DNA of 62,990 bases, the filler included, from Octopus bimaculoides (Eukaryota), in assembly GCF_001194135.2 (NCBI RefSeq). It is 5 parts of 4 records of this genome, joined end to end, with 100 filler letters (N's around TTAATTAATTAA, not from the genome) between each part and the next. Parts side by side here need not be neighbours in the genome. Positions count along the whole stretch, not along the records: positions 15,506 to 39,354 come from NC_068981.1; positions 39,455 to 51,120 come from NC_068981.1; positions 51,221 to 61,013 come from NC_068995.1; 2 more parts are not named here. One strand, given 5' to 3'. This document shows, in pieces, positions 39,132 through 53,360 of the stretch. The translations under genes and the position numbers were made by a program. Below the pieces are notes generated by a model. That model did no database searches. It saw only the letters and a list, made by a program, of their open reading frames with translations, and was not told the origin of the DNA. The first letter of the stretch is position 1. The number at the start of each line of letters is the position of its first letter.

Positions 39132-39204
39132 AGAGACCTTTAGACTATGGTTGCATGCATATATATATATGTTTTATCTTTAGGCTTTGGCTATGCTGAG
39201 ATAC

Positions 39205-39350
39205 AGTCTAAAAGAATTTTTGGTGAAAGGAATCGACTCCAGTACCTATTTTTTGAAAGCCTGGTACTTCTGTTGGGGAATTTTGCCGAACCGCTAATTT
39301 ATATGAATGTAAACATACCGGTCGCCAAGCGTTGCTGGGTGACAAACACA
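39205..39350 (-). mobile_element. SINE family B 3' fragment
   Basis: gaatcgactccagtacc...agcctggtactt...ttttgccgaaccgctaa matches the other family B 3' halves. Confidence 0.75.
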
Positions 39351-39454
39351 GCACNNNNNNNNNNNNNNNNNNNNNNNNNNNNNNNNNNNNNNNNNNNNTT
39401 AATTAATTAANNNNNNNNNNNNNNNNNNNNNNNNNNNNNNNNNNNNNNNNNNNN

Positions 39455-39501
<47 letters not shown>

Positions 39502-40667
39502 CATCGCACAAATGTTTCTTCGCATACATATGACTGTATACCTAAATAATATCCATGTATGTATATATACATACACACACACACAAACACACATATACAT
39601 ACATATAATGTATATATGTATATTTATATGAAAATAAACTCACACATATATATAAAATTATATGCCGATGTAGTGCATAGTCTTCTCGCATTACTCCCTC
39701 TCTTTATGTATCTATAAAAAGAAAGAAGGAGAGAGCTGGAGAAGCACAGATAAGGGTGTTTTAATAGAGAAATAGACAAATGTATCATATTTTTTTAAAG
39801 AAACACTGAGCAGTGATGTTTGAAATAAAACTTCGTACATTTATATTTAGCACAATGGTGTACGCACATACATGGAAATTCTTCTGCGTTCACTCTCTCG
39901 GAAAAGAATTTCTCTTTATAGACAATATGTATGAAAATACATGAAGCTGGGCTATGAATGACATCATAGGAGTGAAGAATACGTGTTTCTGCTTCGTTAC
40001 GCTTTATCAGTTACAGAAACCGAATCCCTTGCTCATAGACCATGAAAAACTGCCGTTCTTAAGTGCAACGTGAAGATAATGGTTATTGAGCGATGTCGAC
40101 GTGAACATAATGATATGTACAGCGATGTCAAGCACGAATTTATTACTTAAATGTTAAATAATCACCAATGAATAAAATAAAATTGTATGTAATCAACATG
40201 CCCGTATACTGCCAAATATAAATAATAAAAACAATCGCTGCGGTTCCTGTCTCTGGCGAGAAATATTACTTATATGCAATGCGCGTGCACATATGTATGA
40301 GGAATTTGTATTGCGATTACACCTGTGTTCTAAGCATATTTAGTTGCATAAAGGATATGAGTTGCAGTCTCGCTCTGCGGTACTTGAAAATAAGGAAATC
40401 ATTAAAACTTAAATAATCATAAACAAATACTCTTAAATTACATAAGTGCGTTTTCAACTTCGTTTCCTTCACCTTTTACTGGAGATTAAAGCACATAAAG
40501 ATAAGCATGTATGTATATATGTATGCATTTAGGTATGTTTGTATGCATGTAAGTACGTTCGTATATATGTCAGTATGTCTGTCTGCAACCATATACATAC
40601 ATACATACATACATACATACATACATACATACATTCACATACGCGCGCGCTCACAAACACGCACATA

Positions 40668-40705
<38 letters not shown>

Positions 40706-40764
40706 NNNNNNNNNNNNNNNNNNNNNNNNNNNNNNNNNNNNNNNNNNNNNNNNNNNNNNNNNNN

Positions 40765-40812
<48 letters not shown>

Positions 40813-41094
40813 TATATTAATATTAAAGCTGCAAAAACATCACAACACATATTACAATAAACTGCTACTCAGAGTTTCACATTCCCATTAGTCGGAAAGT
40901 CTAGATTGAGAATGTCCGACGAACGGGAATGTTAAACTCTCAGTAGCAGTTTATTGCCTTGTTTTTGTAATGTTCTTGTAATGCTTTTGCAATAAAGTGT
41001 ATTACTCCACCGGTATTCGAGTACTATTTTTACCCATCGTGCTTCAGATTTATGTGCTTACTTTGGTATATATGTGTGTGTAATACATATATTC

Positions 41095-41333
41095 TTTTAT
41101 TCTTTCACTTCTTTCAGTCATTTGACTGCAGCCATGGTGGAGCACCGCTTTAAAGGATGTTAGTCGAAGAAATCAACCCCAGGATTAAGTCGTTACAAGT
41201 CAAAAACTTATTCTATCGGTGTCTTTTGCCGAGTCGCTACCTTACGGGAACACAAACACACCAATATCGGTTGTCAGGTGATGTGTGGGGAGGGCAAACA
41301 CAGACACAAAGACACGCACACATAAATATTTAA

Positions 41334-41373
<40 letters not shown>

Positions 41374-41570
41374 GTATGTATGTATGTATATATATATATT
41401 CACACACACAGCGGCCTTCTTTCAGATCGCATCTACTAAATCCACTCAGAAGGCTTTGATCGATCCGAGGCTATGGTAGGAGACACTTGTCCAAGCTGTC
41501 ACGCTATGGGACTGAACCTGAAACCATGTGGTTGGGAAGCAAGCTTCTGGCCACACTGCCACGCTTGCGC
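41095..41570 (-). mobile_element. SINE family B, full length with internal (TA)n
   Basis: 3' half 41095-41310, TA-rich microsatellite 41330-41400, head and CORE-like part 41410-41570. Confidence 0.85.
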
Positions 41571-43122
41571 CTTCGCTCTTTTTGCGCCACATGGGCTCAA
41601 CTCACCTCCTTTCTTCATCTGACATTTACCTCACCTATGGCCGTATTACATTAATTTACGTGGTTGCCGGCCAACCCGCCGTCTTAAATAGAAGAACGAC
41701 ACATCAGATAATGCAATATCCGTTAAAGAATCATTAGCATCATAGAGCATGAAGCACCTTTTTCTTCTCTCTTTGATTTAACGCAATCAAAAACGTTAAA
41801 TTCCGCAGTGTAAGATATATTGTCTTCTACTCCTAGCTTGAGTCTACTGATTTTTCTTTTGTTCGTAAAATTTTTTTAGAGTATTTTAAACAATGTGGTA
41901 GTAGTTATTCCTAAAACTCTCATGAGGTTAAACAACACCAGCAAATTTAACACCAGTACCAACATCGGTAAGAAGAAGAGTGGCAGTAGCAGTGATTCAA
42001 TTATGCATATTTTCAATCTCAATCAATTTTTAAGAATATATTTAGAGTTTTTAAGCTATACAGTTTGAAAAATTGTATAGGCTAACAAATTTCATGATAT
42101 TTTGCACTTATTTGGCGCCAGGTCACTCCTGAACGAGGAAACATATCATCAAGCATCTGAGCTCTGTTGTATCACCGACTAATTTATCTGTTATTTCTTA
42201 AAAATTGAATGATATATTTGACGGAAATTTGGCTTCTATTTCTGCCGCTTCAGCTTCAAAAATAAGTAGAATTCATATTTTTATAGCAGAATCAGAAATA
42301 CTCATACATATGCTTATATGTGTAAATCGCTATTACTCATGAAGCAGCGATAGAAATCTATCTGCCTTCGCCCTCTCAAACAAAACCACCACTACATAAA
42401 ACGAACCAGAATACTTAACACTGCATCTCTTTTCCATTACTATATATATATAGAGAGAGATATATTAATATAAATTGTTTTACTGATTCTTCCGTTTTTA
42501 TTTTACACACTTAAAATGTAACGTTTCTCTTATTTCTTTCCTTCCTATTTCTTAGAACTTATATTTCTTGTCGCTCTATATCATCATGCATTTTTTCTTA
42601 CAGCCTCATTGCCTTTGCAAGGGCTTTGCCGCCTCCTCCGTCTGGCAATATTTTCATTCCCTTGGATTCACATCTATGCTGTTTTTGTTTTATTTTTTCA
42701 TTGTAAATTTTATCTTCTGTCTATCAGTCTCTCTCGTTTACCTCACTCGCTCTGTAACTCTCTATATCTACACTGACTTTTTCATTCCCATTCACTGTAC
42801 ATTTGTCTATATACACAAAAGAAATTATTTCATATTAACCTGGTGCTCATATATCTAACGTTTATCATACGATATTCATATTAACACCAATGTTTCAACT
42901 GCCTCTGTGTCTGTCTCTGTATCTGTCGGTCGTGCTCACTCCATCTTAAAAAAAACAAAAACAAACAAAACACCCAACTCATTGGATTATGCGGTCTTAG
43001 AATCGTTTGGAAAGAAAAATAAAGACGGAATGATAACTGGAACGTCTTTGATGATACGCGTGCTCCTGAGGGTTTGAGTTCGAGATAAACAGGAACACCT
43101 ATCTATCTATCTATCTATCTAC

Positions 43123-43160
<38 letters not shown>

Positions 43161-43543
43161 GTTTACCTATTTGTACGTCAGTCTGTCTGGCTGTCTGTCG
43201 GTCTATCTATCTTTTCTAATTAATAAGTATACCAATGTGTGTTTATGCGATTAAAGCATAAACTTTGTTTGTAACCCGCTGCAGAGTATATACAAAAACT
43301 TCTTTCCAGCACAGGTTCAGTCAGATCGTACTATTATATAGCTCATAAAATGGTGAACGTTCTATATTCTATGGAGGTGTGCTATAATATTTTATCAGAG
43401 TTTTCACAACTCCATCCCTGAGATACAGAAGACAGGCACCTCATAAGGGATACATTGTTTCTGAGCTTAAGTGTGTGTGTATGTATGGATATATATATAT
43501 GTATGTATGTATGTGTTTATGTACTATGTATGTATGCATATAT

Positions 43544-43868
43544 GGCATTATTTAGTTTTATTTCAAGATTTCTTTCTAATAGATAAAGAGCCGGTTTCTA
43601 GCCTATATCCCAACTGGGTATTTTTGCATGTTTGCGTGTACATGTGCAGTATGCAGAGTCAGTGCATGTGCAAAATTGTATGTTTTGATCTATATATGTA
43701 TTCTCATGTTTATAGTTGCATGTCTTGACATGCGTATATATACTTAAATGATAAACTTCTGGAAAGATTTACAGATTTTTATAGTTTAAGTGATGGCTTG
43801 GATTTGTTATGTTCGAATTAGCTTTCTCTTTTCTAGTTTTAAGAAGTCTAATTTCTACAGATTGACTG
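43544..43868 (-). mobile_element. R4/Dong-like element 3' end, copy 3 (same family as copy 1)
   Basis: The reverse complement matches 1780-2088: aaagctaattcgaa...aaaaatctgtaaatctttccagaagtttatcatttaa, and the 3' UTR tagaaaccggctctttatctattagaaagaaatcttgaaataaaactaaataa. Confidence 0.9.
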
Positions 43869-43897
43869 TCTGTATGTATGTATGTCTGTATGTTTGT

Positions 43898-43955
<58 letters not shown>

Positions 43956-44019
43956 GTTTTCTGTCTGTCTGTCTATCTATCTATTTATCTATATTCCCCT
44001 TGATGTTTTAACCAGATAT

Positions 44020-45470
44020 CACCACTTCACTCGATCGTCTGTTGGTCTCTGTGAGTTGACAACATTGAAGCCTATTCACTCCTTGAGGTTATAAGCCTAT
44101 CTTTTCCTTAGCCTGACTTCGTTTTGTCCACCTTCCACTGCACTCTGCATAATTATCTTTGCTGGGCTGGTGCTTCTTTTGACTTGATCGTATAATGTCA
44201 GTTTTCTTATATTTACAATTGCTAGCACATCCTTGTGTGATTTACTTGCCTCGGTTTTTCTCATCATCACTTCCTTTTTTTCTACGTGATCTTTGAAAGA
44301 GTTTAGATAGCTGCAAGCCATCTGTAGCATCGCATCTTCACTGGGCGTATCTCTTTATAAAGCCCCTCTGTGAGTATCCAGTCTTCGCAGGCGTATAGAA
44401 AAATGTAAGTCACAAGACATCTCACCAGTCTCACTTTTGTGCAGAGCCTAATATTTCTAATCGAGATTCGCCTGGTGTTTTCGAGCGCTGCTGTTGCCTA
44501 TGCAGTTCGTGAGATGATTTCTAGCTTGGATTTTTCGTCGGTGAAGATAGATCTTAGGTATTTGAGTTCGCGGACAGTTTCTAGCGTTTGGCCGTTCACT
44601 GTGTTGTCGTTTATGGGTGATTATGTTTTATTGCTGGTCACAATTTTGCTTTCTTCACATTTATTTCAAGTTGTTTGATTTGGGACATCGACGTCGTCAG
44701 TGAATCGGATGTTGTCGATAGTTGTTCCTCCAATACTGGCTGTGCGTTCATGGTTTTCTAGTGTATCCGACATGATCCTTTCCGGGAAGATGTTGAAGAG
44801 GGTAGTTGAAAGTAGAATTCCCTGACGTACGCATGTTGCTAGAAGCCAGTTGTCAGTCGTTCCGTAATAATTGATAGAAGTAGTTGCTTTCTCCTCTAGT
44901 TGCTTGATAACTTCGTTTAGGTTTGAGTTTATGTCGTAACTTTTGATTGTAGCCCATAGCATTTCGTACCAAATTTTGTCGAAGGGATTTTTGAACTCAG
45001 TGAAGACGTGCTATAATTTTGTTTGATGTTCAGGGAATTTGTGTCCAAGGACCCTGAGAATATTTCTTCTCCAGTGCTTTTGTTTTCCCTCAAAACAACT
45101 TGTTCATCAGCAATATTCCTTTCTGGTCGGAGATTTAGCTTGATCAGAATGATTTTCATTCTTTCTTGAGTGACAGGTGAAACTGATCAGGCGGTAGTTG
45201 TCACACTGCCATTCTGGGGAGAGTTATTATGAGAGACTGAGTTCAGGATTTGAGCCATTTGCCTGTTCTACATATTGCACTGCGAATATTGGTTAGTACA
45301 TTTGCCATGTCATCTCTACTGTCCTGGATAATTCTTCAAGTATGCTCTCCATTTTCCTTGGAAAGTGATTGTGTGATTTCCTTCACTACTGATTCAAGAA
45401 TTAAATCCTCTAACTTATTCTCCTTGTTATTTGATGGGGCAGTACTTTTTATTCATGTTGACCGAATGTA
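44020..45470 (-). mobile_element. RTE-clade LINE, 5'-truncated (RT domain to C-terminus), decayed
   Basis: Minus strand gives QSLIITLP..NYRLISF, EQVVLRENKST, LWATIKSY, VRQGILLSTTLFNIF, NIRFTDDVD and KDVLAIVNIRKLTLYDQVKRSTSPAKIIMQSAVEGG, collinear with RTE/BovB-type RT motifs. Confidence 0.93.
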
Positions 45471-45537
45471 ATATGGTGCTTATACTCCATAATAGGTGGG
45501 TGTATGTTTTTTCATATATATATATATATATATATAA

Positions 45538-45573
<36 letters not shown>

Positions 45574-45628
45574 ATATACATTCAAATAAATACACACACA
45601 CAAATATATATATAATATGTATATATAG

Positions 45629-45674
<46 letters not shown>

Positions 45675-46335
45675 GTAGAAATATGAATATATGCGTGTGT
45701 GTGTGTGTATGTGTGTGCGTGCTTATGTGCATGTATGAGTGTGTGTGTTTACGTGTGTATGTACTTATATGTATGTAATTTTTTTTTTTTACATATCTAC
45801 ACATAGACCCGTATATGTGTGAGTTAAATGTATATGAAACCAATTGATAGGTATTATAGATTATACGTAATATATTAGAATTGGTCAGACAGAACCGTAA
45901 TACTGTAAAACCTTTGGATTTATTAGGCAGTGGTTTTACTACAAACTGAAATTTGCAGCCTTCTTCTGTAGCTAGAAATTTCCGATAAAAAACAAGGGGT
46001 GAGGAATAAATTGTCTGATATCTAACTTTGTGTAGCCGAATACTTCCTGTCCTAGCTTTATACTGAAGCTTCAAGCAAGACTTTGCAAGCCAGTACGGAG
46101 AAGTAACCTACAAAGTTTATATGGTCAAAGATAATGCCTTAGGGTGTGATGAAAAACTTAGTGAAACAATTTAAGCGATTAATTTATACCTTAATTACCT
46201 AACTAGCTGATCAATATAACTAAAGCGAATTACAATCAGTGCGTGCGATTTAAGTGGAGGCAAGACTGTGTCAAAGTAGAAAATATATTCCAAAACAGTT
46301 ATCACATTTGCTAATCAAATGCTAAAGATATATGG

Positions 46336-46378
<43 letters not shown>

Positions 46379-49300
46379 CATATATATATGCATATATATG
46401 TATACATGTATATTCATATATACATGTGCGTATATAAAAATGCGTATGTGTGAGTGTGTATCTGTGGAGGTTGATGTATATATAGGCGTGTTTGTGTGTA
46501 TGCGTATGTACAGTCGGTGATACAATTGATATGGCCACGTTAGGGAATTTACGTTGTTTTGTGGATTTGGTTGGCCAGAAGCTTTCCGTCTGTATCATCA
46601 TTGTGCTCGTCAATTACTCTAATAAATTAATAATTATTATCCAGTTCCTCCACATACACCCACCAACTCACACAAACACACACAAACACGAACACGCATG
46701 CACACATATACAGCTATACATATACACACACACACCAGATATGTGTACATGTGTGTTTGCGTGTGTGTTTGTCAGTATGTATACGCCTGTGTATGAATGT
46801 GTAACATTTACTATATATTAATGTACGTATTGCTTAGACACAAAACATATATTTAGATAGAAAGTTGCTTACGCACACACATACACACACACACACACAA
46901 ACACACACACTTGCACACACAAATGCGAGCAACTGGAGAAACTTTTCCAAAAATCTAATTTTCATTTCCAAGCCATAAGATATTTCAAATTACAAGACGC
47001 TGAGAGAAAACCATTAAAGCGTGTAAGATGCACATATAACAAACTATTATAATTGCGATATTACCTAAAGGACATTTCCACATTTATAATTGAAGATCTA
47101 GTAATGAAGTGAAAAATCTCCCTTTGTTGTGTTTATTTCAGTACATGTACTTGTTTCTTACTGTTGTTTTAGTTGTTGTTTCACGTTTATTACTGCATGG
47201 AGAGCAGTAGTCGGACAGACTTGTATGTGTGACATCATTAGCTTTTTCGATTTTATACGTTTCATACCGTTTGATCCTTAAAAAAAAGAAAAACAATACG
47301 TAATACGTATGCATGTACATGTGTAGTTATACGTATTTATAACACGCACACACACACACATGCCTATAATAAGAGAGTGTGTTTGTGTGCATATATATAT
47401 GTGAATGTATGTCGCGTGTATGCATAAATATGTACATATGTGTATACATATATATACTTATGTTCATACATGTGTGTAAAGACAACAGTTAATGTCATTA
47501 ATGTTAAAATAACAGCAACACTAGCTGCAATGAATCGACGCGAGGAATCTGAAACAGGGTCATAGAAAAATACTATGACAGTTCGCGACGGCATATATAG
47601 CTTAATATGGTGGTTGAAAGTCGATTTTATTTATTTACTTAAATTGCCTGCGATTTTGCTCCCTTTTTGCCTCTTTACCTGAATTGCTTAATTAATACTA
47701 TATAAGAGTAACAAGATATGCTTTCGGTTTGAACCAAATTTCGTCGAATCTAAGCATCGCAACTGTGAACTTTATGAGGTTTGAGTGTTTTGCTGTTGTT
47801 TCGTTTATTATATTCTTGATTCGAAGTTTGTTTATTATATTCTTAATGTTTCGTTTATTATATTCTTAATTTGAAGGTTTAATCAGAAGGAAGCACAACC
47901 TACCTATTCAATAAACCTTTTTCCGGGCTTCCGAGGCTGACAAGAGATTGGTTAGAATGAGATCTTTTGAGCATAGAGCTAGCACATATGCCTGCAACGA
48001 TATGAACTCATAAAGAAACTCAAGGCCCAGCTAACGGTGCTTAATTCATTAACGCAAAACTCACTCGTACACAGACGATTTTCTGTTTGTAATGTTCTGT
48101 TGTTAGATATGACACTCAGCTATTTTTACATAACACAAAATCACTCGAGGTATAACCCATAGACCACTTTCTCTCGCTTTATGCTTAGGGGAAATGGCAG
48201 CAATGTGTGATGGCAGCAATGTCACAATATATCTCTATATGTCCCTGTGTGTTTAAAACTATGAATATTAGAAGCCATTATAATAATTATTGGTGAAAAT
48301 ATTATTTGTGTCGTGATTTAATCCCAGATTAGTCATGCTCGAAGAGTAAAACGTTTGAAGCCGCTGTACCTTCAAGTAAACCTGTTCTGAATTCGAGCAA
48401 ATTTTGCTAATATACCTAGCTTGTCGATAGGCCATAGAGACGCTAATGTTTTGCGGGATCACTAATCTTAAGGAATTGTTGATGAGTTAAGTGTCTTTAA
48501 TATTTTGTATATTAGTTTTAATGCTGTAGCTGCAAGAGATTGATTTCTGCGTTCTTGTTAAATTCTATGATTGAGCTCATGGTTAACATTATGTGCAACG
48601 AAAAGGTGGTCAAAAGTTTTAAAAATTGTAATATATATTAGCGGAGCATTTGCTGTAAGATTGTAATGTTAAAATTATTTTACTGAAAATTGACAGTACA
48701 GCAAGACTAGTGAAAATTTAAGGGAAGCAGATTTCAGTTAAGGGTTTTCGTTCAAACATTCTTAAAATAACGAATGCTAGTAATGTATTTTTAATAATAT
48801 ATTTATTTACAAATACGCACACATGGAAAACGTTAAAAAGATGCCAACACAATAGAATATAGACTAATTTCATGAAGGCTTACATATGAAGAAATTCAAA
48901 CACAATTATTTACTCATATGCGCATATGTTTTCTTCTTGTTATAAAATACTTCTAAAATATTTTTTAAAAAAATGTTTCAACATTTCGATTTTCAGAGTT
49001 CTATAAATGCTATGAATAGATATAATATAATTCCCCTATAATGATGAAAGTTGACGTGTTATTTGTTGATAGCTAACATAGCCGGAGTGTCAAAATTTGA
49101 ACTTTGTCGGGGAGTACTTTTAGGTGTAGCGGAAAGCAGCAAAAAGTTTTTGATGTAAAGATGGCTAAAAGCTCATTTACTCAAGCAGAATATTTTAGCA
49201 GCATTTATAACACAACATTTTTGTTTATATGAGTTATTTCTTTGTGCTTCAAATCTTGTACATGCATATTGCTTTATATAATATATTTTGTTGATGTTCG

Positions 49301-50229
49301 ATTACAATATCTGTGTATATACGAACGTTTGTACATGCGTATACGAGTGTACGATTGCCAGCGTGCGTATATGCATATATGTGCATGTATTTGACAAATG
49401 TATCATATTCTTATTAGTCATCCTTGTAATGAAGTCAAATGAACAGAATATTTTCAAGTTGAATGACTGAAAGTTGTGTAGAAAGCTATTTGATAAAACC
49501 AAGAATTTCAGTAGAGATTCAACAAGAATACTGATAATGTATTTTTTTTTATGGAATCTGAAATATATTGAAACATTTTCAAATATTCATATTAATAGTG
49601 ATTATTGTGAGAGATCTGATACGTTTAAACCGGCCTAATTTTGTTAATAATACTTATTCTATCGACACGTGATCGGTGAAGTGAAAAGTCGATCGAAGTG
49701 GAAGGATATAGAAATTGCAATTAAATATTACAAGAAATTAACTACTGAGAACCAACAGCCCACAATTCTTAACACATAGTCACACAATCAATTAAGTAAC
49801 CTTCATATGTCCCTTGATTTGCTAGAAATATTAGGGAAGCCTCGTGCAAAACATACTTTGACGCGTTAGATCATGTAATACTGAATGTGTAAAGAAAGAA
49901 TAATAATATTGCTTGTTCATTAGTAGAATGTTTTTGATAACAAGTTTCGCACAACCAGGAATGATCTGGTGATAAACATCGACAAATTCTACCGTTGTAC
50001 ATAAGTGTTTCTAAAACAAGTGTAAAAACTGACGTTTGGAGGAAGAGAAGAGTTAATCAAATTAAGATCAGTACATAGTTGGGAAATTCTTTACTCCAAT
50101 AAAATGAAATGAAAAACTGTCATCGTCAGAATTCAAACTCAAAACAGAGCAGCACAGTTAAACACAGCTCTGTATTTTGTCTGAGGTTCTAAGAATTCTG
50201 CCCATCTTCCACACTCTCTTTCTATCTAA

Positions 50230-50440
50230 TAACTATCTACAATTTAGGCACACGGCCAACATATTGTGGGGAAGATTTTATTTGATTATATCGATCCTTC
50301 ATTGGTAATTTATTTCGTCGACCTCGATAGGGTAAAGGCTGAGTTGACCCCGGTGGAATTTGAACTCAGAATGTAAAATAGCACAAGAGAGTACGGCACG
50401 AAATTTTGTCCGAAGTTTTAACAATTCTGCCGAATCCACT
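50230..50440 (-). mobile_element. SINE family A, decayed (tail B)
   Basis: aatttaggcacacggcc...ggtaaaggctgagttgaccccggtggaatttgaactcagaa. Confidence 0.75.
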
Positions 50441-50857
50441 CGTAGTAATGGATTCTGATTTTTCTAATTTCCATTTTCCTTTCTTTTTTCTTTTTGGTAT
50501 TTTATGTTGCTGTTTGTCAATCGAATGCTAAAAATAGTGAAAAGGGTATATTTTTATCATTTGTATCACTTTGTATTTCCATGTTACTCTTTGTCAATGG
50601 AATGCTGAAAATAGTGAAAGGGTATAAAATAAATGGAATCTGAAAATGATCCACCAGTACCCACGATCCGACCCACCTTAGGAACCTGGACGCACAATGT
50701 AAGAACAGACCTTTGATGTGAGATTCATGAAGTGTCGCTATAATATCTAAAACTGCAGATATTACATAAATTTTCACTTCGAATGTGGAGTAAACTAGCG
50801 ATGCAAGCAGAGTTGGTACAGAACCAGTTGCAACTGATCATTAAAAATGTGTTGAAT

Positions 50858-51070
50858 CGTTAGCACGCCGGGCAAAATGCTTAGCGGTATTTCGTCTGCC
50901 GTTACGTTCTGAGTTCAAATTCCGCCGAGGTCGGCTTTGCCTCTCATCCTTTCGGGGTTGATTAAATAAGTACCACCTACGCACTACTGGGGTCTATGTA
51001 ATCGAATTAACCCCTTTGTCTGTCCTTGTCTGTCACCTCTATGTTTAGCCCCTTGTGGGCAATAAAGAAA
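50858..51070 (+). mobile_element. SINE family A with tail A
   Basis: aatcgttagcacgccgggcaaaatgcttagcgg...gagttcaaattccgccgaggtc...agccccttgtgggcaataaagaaa. Confidence 0.93.
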
Positions 51071-51084
51071 GCAAATTATTTAGA

Positions 51085-51120
<36 letters not shown>

Positions 51121-51448
51121 NNNNNNNNNNNNNNNNNNNNNNNNNNNNNNNNNNNNNNNNNNNNTTAATTAATTAANNNNNNNNNNNNNNNNNNNNNNNN
51201 NNNNNNNNNNNNNNNNNNNNGAATAGTTTCTATGAACGCATCTTCACTGGAAATGTTTAGGTTGACCCGAGGCTAAATCAGACATACCCAAGTGTTGAAA
51301 CTGTAGAATCAATCACGGTATCTTAAGATTATGAAGTAAAATTCTTAACTAAGAGTAGGATAGCTACTCTGAAATATTGAAGACGTTAAGATGCTCATCC
51401 CGGAAACGAACGCAGGAAAGTTTTTTGTAAAGTACATCCTTGTTTGTC

Positions 51449-51880
51449 ACTTCTATGCCCCTTGTGGGCAATGAAGAAATAAGAAACGTTAGCACGCTGG
51501 GCGAAATGCTTAGCAGTATTTCGTCTGCCTCTACGTTCTGAGTTCAAATTCCACAGAGGTCGACTTTGACTTTCATCCTTTCGGAGTCGATAAATTAAGT
51601 ACCAGTTACGCATTGGCGTCGATGCAATCGACTTAATCCTTTTGTCTGTCCTTGTTTGTCCACTCTGTGTTTAGCCCCTTGTGGGCAATAAAGGAATAAA
51701 AAACGTTAGCACGCCGGACGAAATGCTTAGTGGCATTTCGTATGTCTTTCCGTTCTGAGTTCAAATTCCGACGAGGTCGACTTTGCCTTTCATCGTTTCG
51801 AGGTCGATAAATTAAGTACTAGTTGCGTGCTGGGGTCGACCCAAATATTTCGGGCCTTGTGTCTAGAGTAGAAAAGACTA
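51449..51880 (+). mobile_element. Head-to-tail multimer of SINE family A (tail A remnant + tail A unit + tail B unit)
   Basis: Junctions read aatgaagaaataagaaacgttagcacg (51470-51495) and aataaaggaataaaaaacgttagcacg (51686-51712). The last unit ends gggccttgtgtctagagtagaaaagact. Confidence 0.92.
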
Positions 51881-52194
51881 TTTATATTCCTAATATCTTC
51901 CTTTAGATTAATGATACAGAATATAGAAAGTGATTTCGCGCACGTCGAGAAGGTTTTCTCCATTTGTAACTTTAGATTCGTTGATAGAGTTAATATAGTA
52001 AGCGTTACATTCCTTGACGTTGATGAGGTAATTAATCATTCTAAGTGGAACTAATCAATTTTTCATTAAATATTTATTAGGTTTTGATACAAATAGGCCG
52101 TCCTAACATTTCTATGTGTGTTTCGCCGACGCACGATTTTTCATTTCTCACACTAAATTTTGAAATAAAGAAAAAGAAATGAATGGCTACATAC

Positions 52195-52230
<36 letters not shown>

Positions 52231-52272
52231 ATGTGTGTGTGTGTGTGTTTTCAGTGTGGGTTTGTGTGTGTG

Positions 52273-52337
<65 letters not shown>

Positions 52338-52394
52338 GCATATATATACACATATGTATTTACATGTAGATATATATACATATGCATATGCATA

Positions 52395-52425
<31 letters not shown>

Positions 52426-52703
52426 GGTCTATGCTATCTGTGGGCGCACGTATATGTATATGCATAAGTGCATGAATATATGTATTTAAATATAAAGTCT
52501 TATACAGGTATGTATACTGTCAGATTGATGTATATTTATCTTCTGTTACATCTACTGACACCTAGAATTAGAAATAAATATATGCCAAGTTTAATTAATA
52601 ATACAAAATACATACACAACATACATATATAAACGTACATATATGTAATCAACATATATACATCCTTTTCTCCTTTTACATTCACTTCTCTCTCTCTCCT
52701 CCT

Positions 52704-52743
<40 letters not shown>

Positions 52744-52934
52744 ACTCTTTCTGTCTCTCACTTTCTGTTTCTCTTTCTCACTCCCTGTCTGTCTATCTGC
52801 CCCCCTCTCACCGCAGAATATAACAATGAATCTGTTTCACTTCATTTCTAGTCATCATTTAAATGTATCTATCTATCTATTTGTCTTTCTTTCTGTCTGT
52901 CTTTCTGTAAGTCGGTCTGTCGTTTGTCGGTTTG

Positions 52935-52971
52935 TCTATCTATCTGTCTATCTGTCTGTCTGTCTATCTAT

Positions 52972-53031
<60 letters not shown>

Positions 53032-53309
53032 ACATCCATCCATGTGCCCCACTTACCAAATGTTATCCCTGCCTCGAGAGGATGCGTCACAATTACATGA
53101 GAATTGAAACTGGTTCCATATTTCTTCTTCTTTTTCTTCTTCTTCTTTTTCTTCTTCTTCTTCTTCTTCTTCTTCTTCTTCTTCTTCTTCTTCTTCTTCT
53201 TCTTCTAATTATTAGTATTATTATCATTATTTCTCTTGCTGTTGTTGTTGTTATTATTATTACTGTTATTATTTGTAGTAGTATTAGTAGTAGTAGTATT
53301 AGTAGTAGC

Positions 53310-53357
<48 letters not shown>

Positions 53358-53360
53358 CAT
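52935..53360. repeat. Compound (TATC)n, (CTT)n and (TAG)n microsatellites
   Basis: Direct reading. Confidence 0.93.

Noticed and set aside
45830-46074. Roughly 80-codon open minus-strand frame (TEEGCKFQFVVKPLPNKSKGF)
   Set aside because: No recognisable homology and a weak donor; the ORF length is inflated by the adjoining microsatellite.
46553-46618. Possible 66-nt minus-strand exon ([21 protein letters not shown])
   Set aside because: Splice signals are only moderate and no homology is recognised; expected by chance.
50513-50626. Two roughly 38-bp direct repeats with a 39-bp spacer (CRISPR-like spacing)
   Set aside because: Only two imperfect copies, in a eukaryotic context with no cas genes; a local duplication.
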